Shown here one piece after another: positions 39,297-54,050 of a stretch of DNA of 56,018 bases (the stretch's first letter is position 1; each line of letters opens with the position of its first letter). The stretch is from a virus. Its lineage: Duplodnaviria > Caudoviricetes. The notes under the pieces are model-generated. The model worked only from the letters and a program-made list of their open reading frames with translations. It did not search any database and had not been told where the DNA came from. The stretch is taken from the IMG/VR virus record IMGVR_UViG_3300005805_000111, positions 1-56,018 of that record. One strand, 5' to 3'. The translations under genes were made by a program, and so were the position numbers.

Positions 39297-40661
39297 ATGG
39301 CGCAGAAGTTTCTCACAAATATTGACCTCAACGGCAATCAACTCTATAAAGGAACCTTTCAAAAGGTTGCTACCGATCCCGATACCAACCTTTTCGAAGG
39401 TTGGACCGTCTATAACACCGCCGAAGACTGCATCAAATACTATGACGGTACAACCTGGAAGAAACTTATTAAGGGTGTCACGTCGGGTGGAACTTATTCC
39501 AACGCTCTCACGGTCTCCGAAAGCAATGGGGCAATCACCCTTACCCTTAACCTTGCCAACGGTAGTGATGCTGGGCTCCTCTCCTCTACTTTCTATAGCC
39601 TCCTCAATGCCGCCACCGCCAGCCCCACTGTCAGCACACTTGTCCTGCGTGATGCCGCTGGACGCTTTCAGGCAGAGGCTCCTAGTGCCGATAAGGACGT
39701 AGCAAACAAGGCGTATGTTGATGCGGCTCGCTCTGGCCTTGATGTCAAGGCTTCCGTCAAACTGGCAACCGACGCCGTATTGCCGACCTTCACGCATTCT
39801 GCCGGGGTCTTGACCGCCACCACCAACGGTGCGCTGACTATCGACGGAGTTACCCTTCAGGCTGGAACAGACGAGGGAATCCGCGTTCTCGTCAAAAACG
39901 AGACATCAACCAATGCCCCATACAATGGCATATACGTTGTCACCAATACTGGTGGAGCAGGCGCTGCCTATGTTCTAACGCGGGCAGATGATGCCGACAG
40001 CAACACTGAGGTTAATCCCGGACTGTTTACCTTTGTTGAGCAGGGAACCAACTGGGCCGACTCGGGGTGGGTGCTGACGACAGATGGCTCGATCACCCTC
40101 GGGACTACCAACCTCACGTTCGTTCAGTTCTCTGCTGCCGGTCAAAGCATTGCTGGCAATGGTCTTACCAAGACCGGCAACACAATTGATGTTGTCGGAA
40201 CCGCGGACAGAATTAGTGTTGGCGCCGATTCTGTTGACATTGCCTCAACCTATGTTGGTCAGTCAAGCATTACCACTCTCGGTACGATCACGACCGGTAC
40301 ATGGAATGGTACTGATGTTGCGGTTACTGCCGGTGGCACTGGTGCATCGACCGCTTCTGGGGCGCGGACAAATCTTGCTTCCGAGCCAGCAAATGGTTCC
40401 AACGAGGAAACTGGAAGAACCACGACCACACCGGCCTTGGCTCGCATTTCGAGTCAGGGCTGTAGCGCATCTGTTACTGGCATCTCTACGACCACAGTGA
40501 CGCATAATTTCGGCACAAAAAATGTTGTCGTTCAGATTTACGAGAATTCGACTGGTGAAACCGTCATTGGTGACGTCGTCCGAACAAGCACAAGCGCCGT
40601 CACAGTGACATTGCTTGGCACTATCTCTGCCAACGACTACTATATTGTTGTCAGTGGTTAA
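39297..40661 (+). CDS. Tail fibre-like structural protein
   Basis: ANKAYVD..RSGLDVKASVKLAT, RVLVKNE...NGIYVV, LTRADDAD, VTHNFGT. Confidence 0.75.
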   Translation: MAQKFLTNIDLNGNQLYKGTFQKVATDPDTNLFEGWTVYNTAEDCIKYYDGTTWKKLIKGVTSGGTYSNALTVSESNGAITLTLNLANGSDAGLLSSTFYSLLNAATASPTVSTLVLRDAAGRFQAEAPSADKDVANKAYVDAARSGLDVKASVKLATDAVLPTFTHSAGVLTATTNGALTIDGVTLQAGTDEGIRVLVKNETSTNAPYNGIYVVTNTGGAGAAYVLTRADDADSNTEVNPGLFTFVEQGTNWADSGWVLTTDGSITLGTTNLTFVQFSAAGQSIAGNGLTKTGNTIDVVGTADRISVGADSVDIASTYVGQSSITTLGTITTGTWNGTDVAVTAGGTGASTASGARTNLASEPANGSNEETGRTTTTPALARISSQGCSASVTGISTTTVTHNFGTKNVVVQIYENSTGETVIGDVVRTSTSAVTVTLLGTISANDYYIVVSG

Positions 40662-40722
40662 GCACTAAAATTGGCTCACAGGCCCCGAGGGGACTCTTGA
40701 GTCGAACGGATTGACTGAGGTC

Positions 40723-43971
<3,249 letters not shown>

Positions 43972-43972
43972 A

Positions 43973-45310
43973 ATGGCTGTAACAACACGCGAATATGCCA
44001 TTACCCAGGCGACCCCAGCAAATATTATTAATGCTTTGGAAACTGCTTTTGGCGACCTTGGCTGGCACGCTGCAGCCACTAGCGGCTACATTCTAACCTT
44101 TACTAACACCTCTGGGACGACGCTTGCCGCAAAAGCCAACGAGCGATACCTAGTCAAGCAGTCTGCTACCAGCGGCAGTGGAACTGGCGCTGTTTTCGAT
44201 GTTCTTCGATCAGCAACAGGCGCAATCTCCACCGTAACTCTTGTCACCGGTGGCTCTGGTTATGCTGCCTCAAATACAATCACGATCGATGGCGCGGATA
44301 TCGGCGGTGTTACATCCACGGACAACATTACCGTTACTGTATCCACTATTGCAAACAGCCTAGGAAGCACCACTACATTCTTTGACAAGGACGTAACGAC
44401 AACCCCCCTTACCTCTGCTTGGGCTGTTTCTAAAACCGTACATAACTCTAATAAGAAACTTGGAACAACCTTTTGGAATTTTCATGTTGGCACAACTGCT
44501 GCTGCACACGCCCCCATTGGCGGCGTACGTCCAACGCTCTATATTCGTGGCCTGACGGGGTTCAACCCGAGTACTAACACTGGTCAGGGCGTTTCTGTTT
44601 TAGATTTCTTTTCAAGTGGTAGCCCGTCAATTACAACTGTGTACAGTGCCGCCCAGCAGGTCGCATCCTCGGCAATGATCCCATTGACGTTACGAGTTCG
44701 GCAATCTGGAATTGACTCAGGTTTTGCTACATTCAGTTTCTTTGAAGGAAACAACAATCGCAACAACTTTATGATGGCAAACTATAATAACAATCTCCAG
44801 CCGTGGGATCTGGATGATGTGTTCCTCGGTGGCGTATATGAGTTGGCTGCCAACACTGCCATTAACACTAACGAAGCGGGAATTAACTTCCGAACGCGTA
44901 TGACCGGAATTCCCAAGAGAATGGCAGAAGCGGGATACGGCAACTATTTTCAAGTAGACGCAACAACCGTCGCCTACACCAATACCCCATATAGAACTGT
45001 ATCAGGAAATAGACAGGCAACAAGCCCTGGTGCCGCTTACGATGACGTTCTATTTTATGTTCGCATGACTGGAGATATTCAGACGAATGTTTCTAATATG
45101 GCGATTTTCAAGAATGTCCCCATTTGTCCTGCGTTCGCTCCTGTTCCGTATTACTTGCCTAATGACTTTATCTTGGCAGAGGTGCCGTTCGGTAACGCAA
45201 CATGTGGCGATGTATTAGAAGTCAGCGTGTCAGAAAAATATACTGTTGTGCAGTTTTCTGCAAACATCACGACTTTCACTACTCTGGTCTTGGCTGCGAG
45301 AACGACCTGA
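43973..45310 (+). CDS. Virion structural protein
   Basis: Thr/Gly-rich; GSGTGAVFDV..VTLVTGGSGY motif common in phage structural proteins. Confidence 0.6.
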   Translation: MAVTTREYAITQATPANIINALETAFGDLGWHAAATSGYILTFTNTSGTTLAAKANERYLVKQSATSGSGTGAVFDVLRSATGAISTVTLVTGGSGYAASNTITIDGADIGGVTSTDNITVTVSTIANSLGSTTTFFDKDVTTTPLTSAWAVSKTVHNSNKKLGTTFWNFHVGTTAAAHAPIGGVRPTLYIRGLTGFNPSTNTGQGVSVLDFFSSGSPSITTVYSAAQQVASSAMIPLTLRVRQSGIDSGFATFSFFEGNNNRNNFMMANYNNNLQPWDLDDVFLGGVYELAANTAINTNEAGINFRTRMTGIPKRMAEAGYGNYFQVDATTVAYTNTPYRTVSGNRQATSPGAAYDDVLFYVRMTGDIQTNVSNMAIFKNVPICPAFAPVPYYLPNDFILAEVPFGNATCGDVLEVSVSEKYTVVQFSANITTFTTLVLAARTT

Positions 45311-45564
45311 TGGCTACATTCTCATACACGACACCAAAAAATTTGTCGGAAAATTCTTTGGCGGTACAGGCTAATGCCACAAAAACCCTTAGCCCATTCA
45401 CCAGAACTGTGACCACTCAGGGAACTATGACCTTTGATGCCACAACAGAAGTATCCAGTATCTCTTATGTTACTGGAACGAAGTTCGATGTTGTTTCACC
45501 AGAAGAACTGGCAGAAGTAAAACTTCGACCCCAAACTGGGCTTGTGTACCCACGAAACATTTAA
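45310..45564 (+). CDS. Hypothetical protein
   Basis: TGATG coupling at 45308-45312; MATFSYTTPK...GLVYPRNI. Confidence 0.7.
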   Translation: MATFSYTTPKNLSENSLAVQANATKTLSPFTRTVTTQGTMTFDATTEVSSISYVTGTKFDVVSPEELAEVKLRPQTGLVYPRNI

Positions 45565-45572
45565 GGAGACAA

Positions 45573-45806
45573 ATGCTGTACTGGAAAGCAGATTTTCAAA
45601 TACCCGACTCCGGCGCACAAAGTGCGGAAGTCTTTGCCTTCTGTCAACTCAACGATGAGCAGACGGTCATAACTGTTGAGTTCTACGCTGACAATAGTAA
45701 ACAGAACCTGTTATTTATTGAGCAGTATGAGCACGATTCCGATTATGTATCTGCAGAAGAATACCTTTTGACGACCGAGGAGTTCGCCAACTATACATTG
45801 GCATAA
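45573..45806 (+). CDS. Hypothetical acidic protein
   Basis: AAGGAG SD. Confidence 0.75.
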   Translation: MLYWKADFQIPDSGAQSAEVFAFCQLNDEQTVITVEFYADNSKQNLLFIEQYEHDSDYVSAEEYLLTTEEFANYTLA

Positions 45807-48011
<2,205 letters not shown>

Positions 48012-48012
48012 A

Positions 48013-48342
48013 ATGTGGACAATTTGGTTTGATGACATGGAAGTCGAAGGGTCGTCTTTTGACGAGTGGCAGTCATGTAAAAATGATGGCGTTGTTGGTA
48101 TATATATTTCGTTTGGTCGTGGTGAAGATGGTGTGATGCGTGGCGCAGTTTTGTCTGGCGCTGACTGGTATTGGATAAACCCAGACGGAACGATTGACAG
48201 CAATTATGAAACATCAAATGATTCTGGTGTGTGGGTTCCGGTTGATGTTCCTGCTGGCGCCGTGGCGAAGTCTGGTCTATGGGTTTCGGATGAACGCATG
48301 CAGGAGTTTGATGCGGCAGTGAACGTTTTGGTGGTGTCGTAA
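48013..48342 (+). CDS. Hypothetical protein
   Basis: Tightly packed ORF in the operon. Confidence 0.7.
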   Translation: MWTIWFDDMEVEGSSFDEWQSCKNDGVVGIYISFGRGEDGVMRGAVLSGADWYWINPDGTIDSNYETSNDSGVWVPVDVPAGAVAKSGLWVSDERMQEFDAAVNVLVVS

Positions 48343-48343
48343 C

Positions 48344-48856
48344 GTGGCGCGCCTCTATTTTTTTTCTGCGGCGACTTCTGATTTGACTGGTGGTGCAGAC
48401 TTTAACCGTGAGTTGCTACCGAATATTACGACGTCGGCATCTGCTCTTTCGGTGACGATTGCTCAGGCGGTTACGGAAACAAGTTACGGATATACGGAGC
48501 CACTTGATCCTGGTGCGGCGGGCTCTGTGACTGGTGATTATACTGTTTCTATGGATGTGACTACAGCAAACTCAAATATTACGATGTCTTTTGCTGTGGC
48601 TCGTGTTAATAGTTCTGGAACGCAGCAGACGATTTCTTCGACGTCAACTACTGTTTCTTTTTCGACCACTGGTGCAAAAACATTGACTTTAAGTGGAGTT
48701 GATTTAGGGACTTTCACGAGCACTGACAGGTTGCGTGTGAGTTACCTTTTTGCTAACGCCGCTGCCCACTCAAGTCAAACTTTTGGCGTTAATCAGAACA
48801 GTGTTAATTCATACATTTCTACGCCTTTTCGTGTAAAGTATTTTTTGACGACGTGA
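48344..48856 (+). CDS. Ser/Thr-rich structural protein
   Basis: Tightly packed ORF with beta-rich composition. Confidence 0.65.
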   Translation: MARLYFFSAATSDLTGGADFNRELLPNITTSASALSVTIAQAVTETSYGYTEPLDPGAAGSVTGDYTVSMDVTTANSNITMSFAVARVNSSGTQQTISSTSTTVSFSTTGAKTLTLSGVDLGTFTSTDRLRVSYLFANAAAHSSQTFGVNQNSVNSYISTPFRVKYFLTT

Positions 48857-48868
48857 TGAGGTTTAATA

Positions 48869-49285
48869 ATGGCAATTGATTTTCCGGATAGTCCTGTTGA
48901 CGGCCAGGTTTTTACCCCAGTCGGAAGCAATAAAACCTGGGTATACAGTTCCTCTTCCGGTGCGTGGCATGCTGCCTCGGCGCCGATCGGACCGACCGGA
49001 CCCACTGGTGCTGCTTCGACAGTTACCGGACCTACCGGACCCAAGGCTATTACTGTTACTGGCCCAACTGGGCCCGTTGGGGCAGTTACCGGTGACATAT
49101 GGTATGATTCTGAGACTGGAAAAACATATGTTCGCTACGACAATTTTTGGGTGGAGTCCGGTGGAGAAATAGGTCCTGCTGGGCCTACCGGTCCTACAGG
49201 TCCTACCGGCAGCACTGGTCCGACCGGGCCCTCTCCGGCAGGCGACGACGACCAAGTTATTCTATCCGCACAGGTTTTTAACTAG
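48869..49285 (+). CDS. Short collagen-like adaptor
   Basis: MAIDFPDSP, GPT runs, GDIWYDS module, ends VILSAQVFN. Confidence 0.75.
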   Translation: MAIDFPDSPVDGQVFTPVGSNKTWVYSSSSGAWHAASAPIGPTGPTGAASTVTGPTGPKAITVTGPTGPVGAVTGDIWYDSETGKTYVRYDNFWVESGGEIGPAGPTGPTGPTGSTGPTGPSPAGDDDQVILSAQVFN

Positions 49286-49294
49286 GAGTTTATA

Positions 49295-49654
49295 ATGGCG
49301 ACTTTCAGCAAAATTATCTTAAGTGGCTCTACCGACGGCAAGCCTATTCTGATTGACGATGCAGCGACCCCAGGAAAAACAATTCATACATGTTCTTCGA
49401 CGACAACAACAATCGACGAAGTCTGGCTGTATGCAATGAATACGGGGTCCGCTGCTTTAAAGTTAACCATTGAATGGGGCGGGACAACGGCTGGATTTTT
49501 GATTGAACAAACAATACCTTTTGAGTCTGGTTTGGTTCTTGTCGCACCTGGTTTGCTGATGAAAGGCACCGCGACTCCGTGGACTATTGCAGCATTCGCA
49601 GGCAATACTACTGACATAAATATTACAGGTTATGTAAATAGGATTACGGCTTAA
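49295..49654 (+). CDS. Small beta-rich virion protein
   Basis: AGGAG SD; DEVWLYAMN, LTIEWGG, GYVNRI. Confidence 0.7.
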   Translation: MATFSKIILSGSTDGKPILIDDAATPGKTIHTCSSTTTTIDEVWLYAMNTGSAALKLTIEWGGTTAGFLIEQTIPFESGLVLVAPGLLMKGTATPWTIAAFAGNTTDINITGYVNRITA

Positions 49655-49655
49655 C

Positions 49656-50576
49656 ATGACTAAAAGAGATCGGTATCAGGCTGGCGGCCCTGTTTCTTCG
49701 TGGACAACCACACCACAGTATGTGAATCGGAACGCCTTAGTCACGGCGACTCAGGCTTCTGGTTCGCCGACACTTTTTACAACTGGGAACTATAGAGGTT
49801 GCATCTTCACCGGTTCTGGCGATTTCATTGTTTCTGGTTCTGATTTAGTCGGTGCTGAACTCTTGGTCGTTGCTGGCGGCGGTAGTGGTGGCACAGCATC
49901 GAGCACTACGGTTAGTGCCTACGGTGGCGGTGGTGCTGGCGGCATAATTGACCATTCATCAGGAGTATATAAGTTTACGATTCCAATAGGAACATTCGCT
50001 GTTGTTGTCGGAGCAGGTGGCGTAGCATCCTCTACTTCGGAATCTCGCGGAACATCTGGCTCCAATTCTTCATTTCTCGGATTTGTTGCTATCGGCGGAG
50101 GTGCTGGATCTGCTAGAAGTACCAATGTCGCCTTGACTGGCGGCTCTGGTGGAGGGGGCACCTACCAAGCCGGGTCGAGTGGTACTTTCAATAATGGGGC
50201 TGAAGGAACTGCATTACAAGGTAATTCGGGCGGAGACGCCACTAACACAGGAGGGGGCGGAGCCGGTGGAGGTTACTCTGCCGTGGGCGCAGACGGAGGA
50301 GTAGTCTCAAACGTAGGCGGCATTGGCGGTGCCGGATTAACATCCAGTATCACTGGCGTTTCAACAGGATATGGTGGTGGTGGTGGTGGTGGCGGACGAA
50401 CTACTGGTGGAACCGCTACTCATGGTGGTGGCGCGGGAGGTGGCAACGCATCTGGAACAAGTGGTACTGCAAATACCGGTGGCGGCGGTGGTGGTGGTGG
50501 AAGAGATACAATCACTTCGGTTCCGAAGGGTGGCGACGGCGGGTCGGGCGTTGTTATTGTCAGGTGGCCTCTATGA
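49656..50576 (+). CDS. Glycine-rich domain protein (putative adhesin/appendage tip)
   Basis: LLVVAGGGSGG...GGGGAGG...ANTGGGGGG...GGSGVVIVRW. Confidence 0.75.
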   Translation: MTKRDRYQAGGPVSSWTTTPQYVNRNALVTATQASGSPTLFTTGNYRGCIFTGSGDFIVSGSDLVGAELLVVAGGGSGGTASSTTVSAYGGGGAGGIIDHSSGVYKFTIPIGTFAVVVGAGGVASSTSESRGTSGSNSSFLGFVAIGGGAGSARSTNVALTGGSGGGGTYQAGSSGTFNNGAEGTALQGNSGGDATNTGGGGAGGGYSAVGADGGVVSNVGGIGGAGLTSSITGVSTGYGGGGGGGGRTTGGTATHGGGAGGGNASGTSGTANTGGGGGGGGRDTITSVPKGGDGGSGVVIVRWPL

Positions 50577-50767
50577 GTGAGACTTTCACGGCTCAGATTG
50601 TTGACGGAATCGTTGTTCAAGTCATTGTAGGTACTGCCGAATGGGCGATATCCCGTCTCGGTGGAACATGGGTTGATTGCCAAACACTTGTCGGCATTGG
50701 CTGGACGTACGACCAGACAAACGGCTTTCAACCACCTATAATTCAACCACCTATAATTAACGAATAG
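50573..50767 (+). CDS. Small partner of the glycine-rich protein
   Basis: ATGA overlap; AQIVDGIVVQVIV...GIGWTYD...F. Confidence 0.7.
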   Translation: MSETFTAQIVDGIVVQVIVGTAEWAISRLGGTWVDCQTLVGIGWTYDQTNGFQPPIIQPPIINE

Positions 50768-50785
50768 TCGTAAGAAAGACATTTT

Positions 50786-50995
50786 ATGCCCATTGATTTT
50801 CCAGATTCCCCAACAAACGGCCAAACATTTACCGTTGGTAATAAAACATGGATTTATGATTCGACATATCTACGGTGGACTGCGCAACAGGCGCCCATTG
50901 GCCCGACCGGACCGACTGGCCCCGCGTCGACGGTTACTGGCCCGACGGGACCGACCGGCCCAGACCCAATCCCACTGATACTTGCTTTGAGTTAG
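50786..50995 (+). CDS. Short collagen-like adaptor
   Basis: MPIDFPDSP, GPT run, ends PIPLILALS. Confidence 0.75.
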   Translation: MPIDFPDSPTNGQTFTVGNKTWIYDSTYLRWTAQQAPIGPTGPTGPASTVTGPTGPTGPDPIPLILALS

Positions 50996-51005
50996 GAGAA
51001 AGATT

Positions 51006-51329
51006 ATGCCCAATACTTTTAAAAGCGTCGGTAAAGCGCTAACGAATACAGCGCAAACAATTTATACTTGCCCGTCTGCGACGACCGCTGTCGTTATTTT
51101 GTGTCAGGCTGCAAACGAAACCACAACAGCCGAACCGGTGACCGTGCAATGGCGCGATAGTTCAGCGGCTGTCACATACATTTTGGCTAACGCAATTCAG
51201 ATTCCTGTGAATGCTTCATTGAGTTGCATTGGAGGTAAACTTGTTCTTGAAGCCTCGGACTTTATTGAGGCATTCAGTGACGGAAGTAATCAGATAGAGT
51301 TAACTTTGAGTGTTTTGGAGATAACGTAA
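51006..51329 (+). CDS. Small beta-rich virion protein
   Basis: AGGAG SD; MPNTFKS..IYTCPSATTAVVI..AN...KLVLEASD...SVLEIT. Confidence 0.7.
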   Translation: MPNTFKSVGKALTNTAQTIYTCPSATTAVVILCQAANETTTAEPVTVQWRDSSAAVTYILANAIQIPVNASLSCIGGKLVLEASDFIEAFSDGSNQIELTLSVLEIT

Positions 51330-52408
51330 TGGCTGGCGGATTTACTGGCGCTCCAGGAAAACCGGTTAGTTTAAGCCCGACAAACGGTGCTCAGGACCCG
51401 GTTGCTCCTGGGGTGTGGACGATCGATGAAGCCCAATCTCTCATAAAAAGCGAAGAATGGCCGTGGAATAATCGCGCTACTGGAGGAACGATCAGTGACC
51501 GTTTGGTTAACGGATATGTTATTCATAGGTTTACGGGTCCTGGCACGTTTGCCGTACAGCAAGGGTCTTTTACTATTGAATATATAGCCGTTGGAGGGGG
51601 TGGTGGGGGTGGAGCAGGAAGCCCCTCAACGGAATGTGGTGGCGGAGGTGGAGCAGGATTGTATAATCCTGGAACATTATCTGTAACTCCTGCAACATCT
51701 TTAACAATCACTGTCGGGGCAGGGGGAGCAGCGGGACCTACTACTCCTGGACCTACTCTGCGGGGTGGACAAGGGTCAACAACTTCTATAGGCCCTACAA
51801 TAACCGCTGAGGGTGGAGGATATGGGGGAGGATTCGTACCAAACCCACTCGTGCCCACATTAGGAACTAGCGGTACAGGACAAAACGCAAAGTCTGCTGG
51901 AGGGGGATCTAGCAATAGCCCTACGGGAGGAACTGTTCCCGCTCCGTTAGCACCTAAGGGTTTAGGAAATGCTGGTGGAGGTGGCATTTCAAACTCAAAC
52001 CCCCCACTCCCAGGACTTGGTTACTTTGGAGCCGGAGGGGGAGGGGGATCTGGAGGTGCCGGATCATCAGCGACATCTCCTGGGTTTGAGTCTGTTTTGG
52101 GTGGAAACGGTGGAAGTGGGACAACCACATCTTGGGGTAATTCCCCCGATATCCTCGCAGGTGGTGGTGGTGGTGGTGCTAGCGGGTTTGGTGCTTCAAG
52201 TAGTTCGTCAGGGGGATCTGGAATAGGTGGAAATGGTGGTTACCGTAGTCCCAACAACAATTCAAATGCCGGAAACGGAGCAGTAAACACTGGCAGTGGT
52301 GGCGGTGGTGGTGCCGCAACCCCACCATCTTTTACGGCTTCTGGAACATCAACAGCCGGAGCAGGAGGCTCTGGCGTAGTGATCATTAGATACAAACCGT
52401 ATATGTGA
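51329..52408 (+). CDS. Glycine-rich domain protein (putative adhesin/appendage tip)
   Basis: HRFTGPGTF, EYIAVGGGGGGG, NTGSGGGGG, GGSGVVIIRY. Confidence 0.75.
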   Translation: MAGGFTGAPGKPVSLSPTNGAQDPVAPGVWTIDEAQSLIKSEEWPWNNRATGGTISDRLVNGYVIHRFTGPGTFAVQQGSFTIEYIAVGGGGGGGAGSPSTECGGGGGAGLYNPGTLSVTPATSLTITVGAGGAAGPTTPGPTLRGGQGSTTSIGPTITAEGGGYGGGFVPNPLVPTLGTSGTGQNAKSAGGGSSNSPTGGTVPAPLAPKGLGNAGGGGISNSNPPLPGLGYFGAGGGGGSGGAGSSATSPGFESVLGGNGGSGTTTSWGNSPDILAGGGGGGASGFGASSSSSGGSGIGGNGGYRSPNNNSNAGNGAVNTGSGGGGGAATPPSFTASGTSTAGAGGSGVVIIRYKPYM

Positions 52409-52417
52409 GGTTAGGTA

Positions 52418-52789
52418 ATGGCCCATTTTGCAGAGTTAGATAACAACAATATAGTTCTTAGAGTATTAGTTATTAATGACTACGACTGCCTTGATTCGGA
52501 AGGGAAAGAATCCGAAGAAGTGGGTCGAAACTTCTGCATATCAACTTGGGGCGGTCGTTGGATTCAAACCTCGTACAACAACAAGATACGTAAACGATAT
52601 GCTGGTATCGGTTTTGTGTATGACGAAGAACACGATGTTTTTCTGTATCCTAAACCATTTGATTCTTGGGTACTTGACATACCTACTCTTGAATGGATCG
52701 CCCCTGTTCCGATGCCGGAGGAAGACCCTGGGGATCGAATGTTTTATTCATGGGACGAACCAACGTTGAAATGGATCATCGAAACATGA
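52418..52789 (+). CDS. Partner of the glycine-rich protein (MAHFAELD type)
   Basis: MAHFAELD.NNIVLRVLV, WIQTSYN..IRKRYAGIG..YD. Confidence 0.75.
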   Translation: MAHFAELDNNNIVLRVLVINDYDCLDSEGKESEEVGRNFCISTWGGRWIQTSYNNKIRKRYAGIGFVYDEEHDVFLYPKPFDSWVLDIPTLEWIAPVPMPEEDPGDRMFYSWDEPTLKWIIET

Positions 52790-52801
52790 TAACCTTCGGG
52801 C

Positions 52802-53404
52802 ATGTCAAAAACTAAAATTGAAAGTAAGGCAGCGCAAGTAGTTAACAATCTTTTTGATGAAGAAGTGTTTAATGGCATACAGAAATACGTAGAAAATGTT
52901 GTGCCAGCACTAAGATGCGCTGTTGACAAAGACATTTTTGTTAGAAATTATATACATAACAATAGTTTTTTTGTTGATATTCATCATCAACTTGCAGATT
53001 TTGCATCTGAAATGTTTAAAGAACGCGTAAAGCCCTCTTATTGTTTTTTGTCATTGTATAAAAATGGTGGAAAGTGCCCTTTGCATATTGACAGGCCCCA
53101 GTGTCGATATACAATTGATTACCTTGTTCGCGCAACATCATCCAAACCATGGCCAATATCCATATCTGACCCGTTGTCCAAGTTTGAACTAACAAAAATA
53201 CTGGATGGACATCCGAAAGACCAAGATATAATCGATAGGATTATTTCAGATAATACTTGGACTACGATTGATCTTCAGCCAAACGACGCTGTACTCTATT
53301 CTGGCACAAACTCTTGGCACTACCGCCCTACAGCACTACAGGGAGAAGCAGATCTAGTGTTTTTTCATTTTGTCCCGGAGGGTTTCAGTGACCAACTTAA
53401 TTAA
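52802..53404 (+). CDS. 2OG-Fe(II) oxygenase-like protein
   Basis: LHIDRPQC (HxD), DAVLYSG...WHYR. Confidence 0.75.
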   Translation: MSKTKIESKAAQVVNNLFDEEVFNGIQKYVENVVPALRCAVDKDIFVRNYIHNNSFFVDIHHQLADFASEMFKERVKPSYCFLSLYKNGGKCPLHIDRPQCRYTIDYLVRATSSKPWPISISDPLSKFELTKILDGHPKDQDIIDRIISDNTWTTIDLQPNDAVLYSGTNSWHYRPTALQGEADLVFFHFVPEGFSDQLN

Positions 53405-54011
53405 GCCACACATTGTATTACCTAAGGTGAGTCCTTTTAATTTTGGAGGAGGGAGTTGGCCATTAGAGACACACAAAACAGAGAATTGGGCCTGGTACAA
53501 GGGCGCATTTGAGCCATATGAATTAGATTCCATAATTGAATTGGGAATTAGGTCAGGGCTTGATAAAGGATCAACAATGACCGGAGGCGACGATGCCGTA
53601 CGAAAGTCATTTGTGTCCTTCTTATTTCCTAATGAATACACAGGGTGGATCTTTCAACGCCTTGCAGAAGTTATCAATCATGTTAACGACCAGTTCTTTA
53701 AGTTTGACCTTACAGGTTTAGAGCAGGGGATACAGTTCACAAGTTATACGGCGCCAGGTGAACATTACACATGGCATATCGATAAAGGAACTGGGAATAG
53801 AAAACTGAGCCTTTCATTACAGTTGTCTGACCCAAAGGATTATAAGGGTGGCAACCTAGAACTTCTTTTTGGTGGCAAACCAGTTAAAGCAGAACGCGAG
53901 CGTGGAATGATGACCTTTTTCCCGTCATATGCCCTGCATCGCGTTACTCCCGTTACTAAAGGGACGCGCTATTCGCTTGTTTGTTGGATTTCTGGTCCAC
54001 CATTTAAATAA
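53388..54011 (+). CDS. 2OG-Fe(II) oxygenase, prolyl-4-hydroxylase/PKHD-type
   Basis: YTWHID, RKLSLSLQLSDP.DY.GG.L, FPSYALHRVTPVTKGTRYSLVCW; GTG 53388 follows GGAGGG (track start 53370). Confidence 0.9.
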   Translation: MTNLIKPHIVLPKVSPFNFGGGSWPLETHKTENWAWYKGAFEPYELDSIIELGIRSGLDKGSTMTGGDDAVRKSFVSFLFPNEYTGWIFQRLAEVINHVNDQFFKFDLTGLEQGIQFTSYTAPGEHYTWHIDKGTGNRKLSLSLQLSDPKDYKGGNLELLFGGKPVKAERERGMMTFFPSYALHRVTPVTKGTRYSLVCWISGPPFK

Positions 54012-54050
54012 GCCAGGTGCGGTCAGCATCATTCGTGCTAGATTGCGTTC

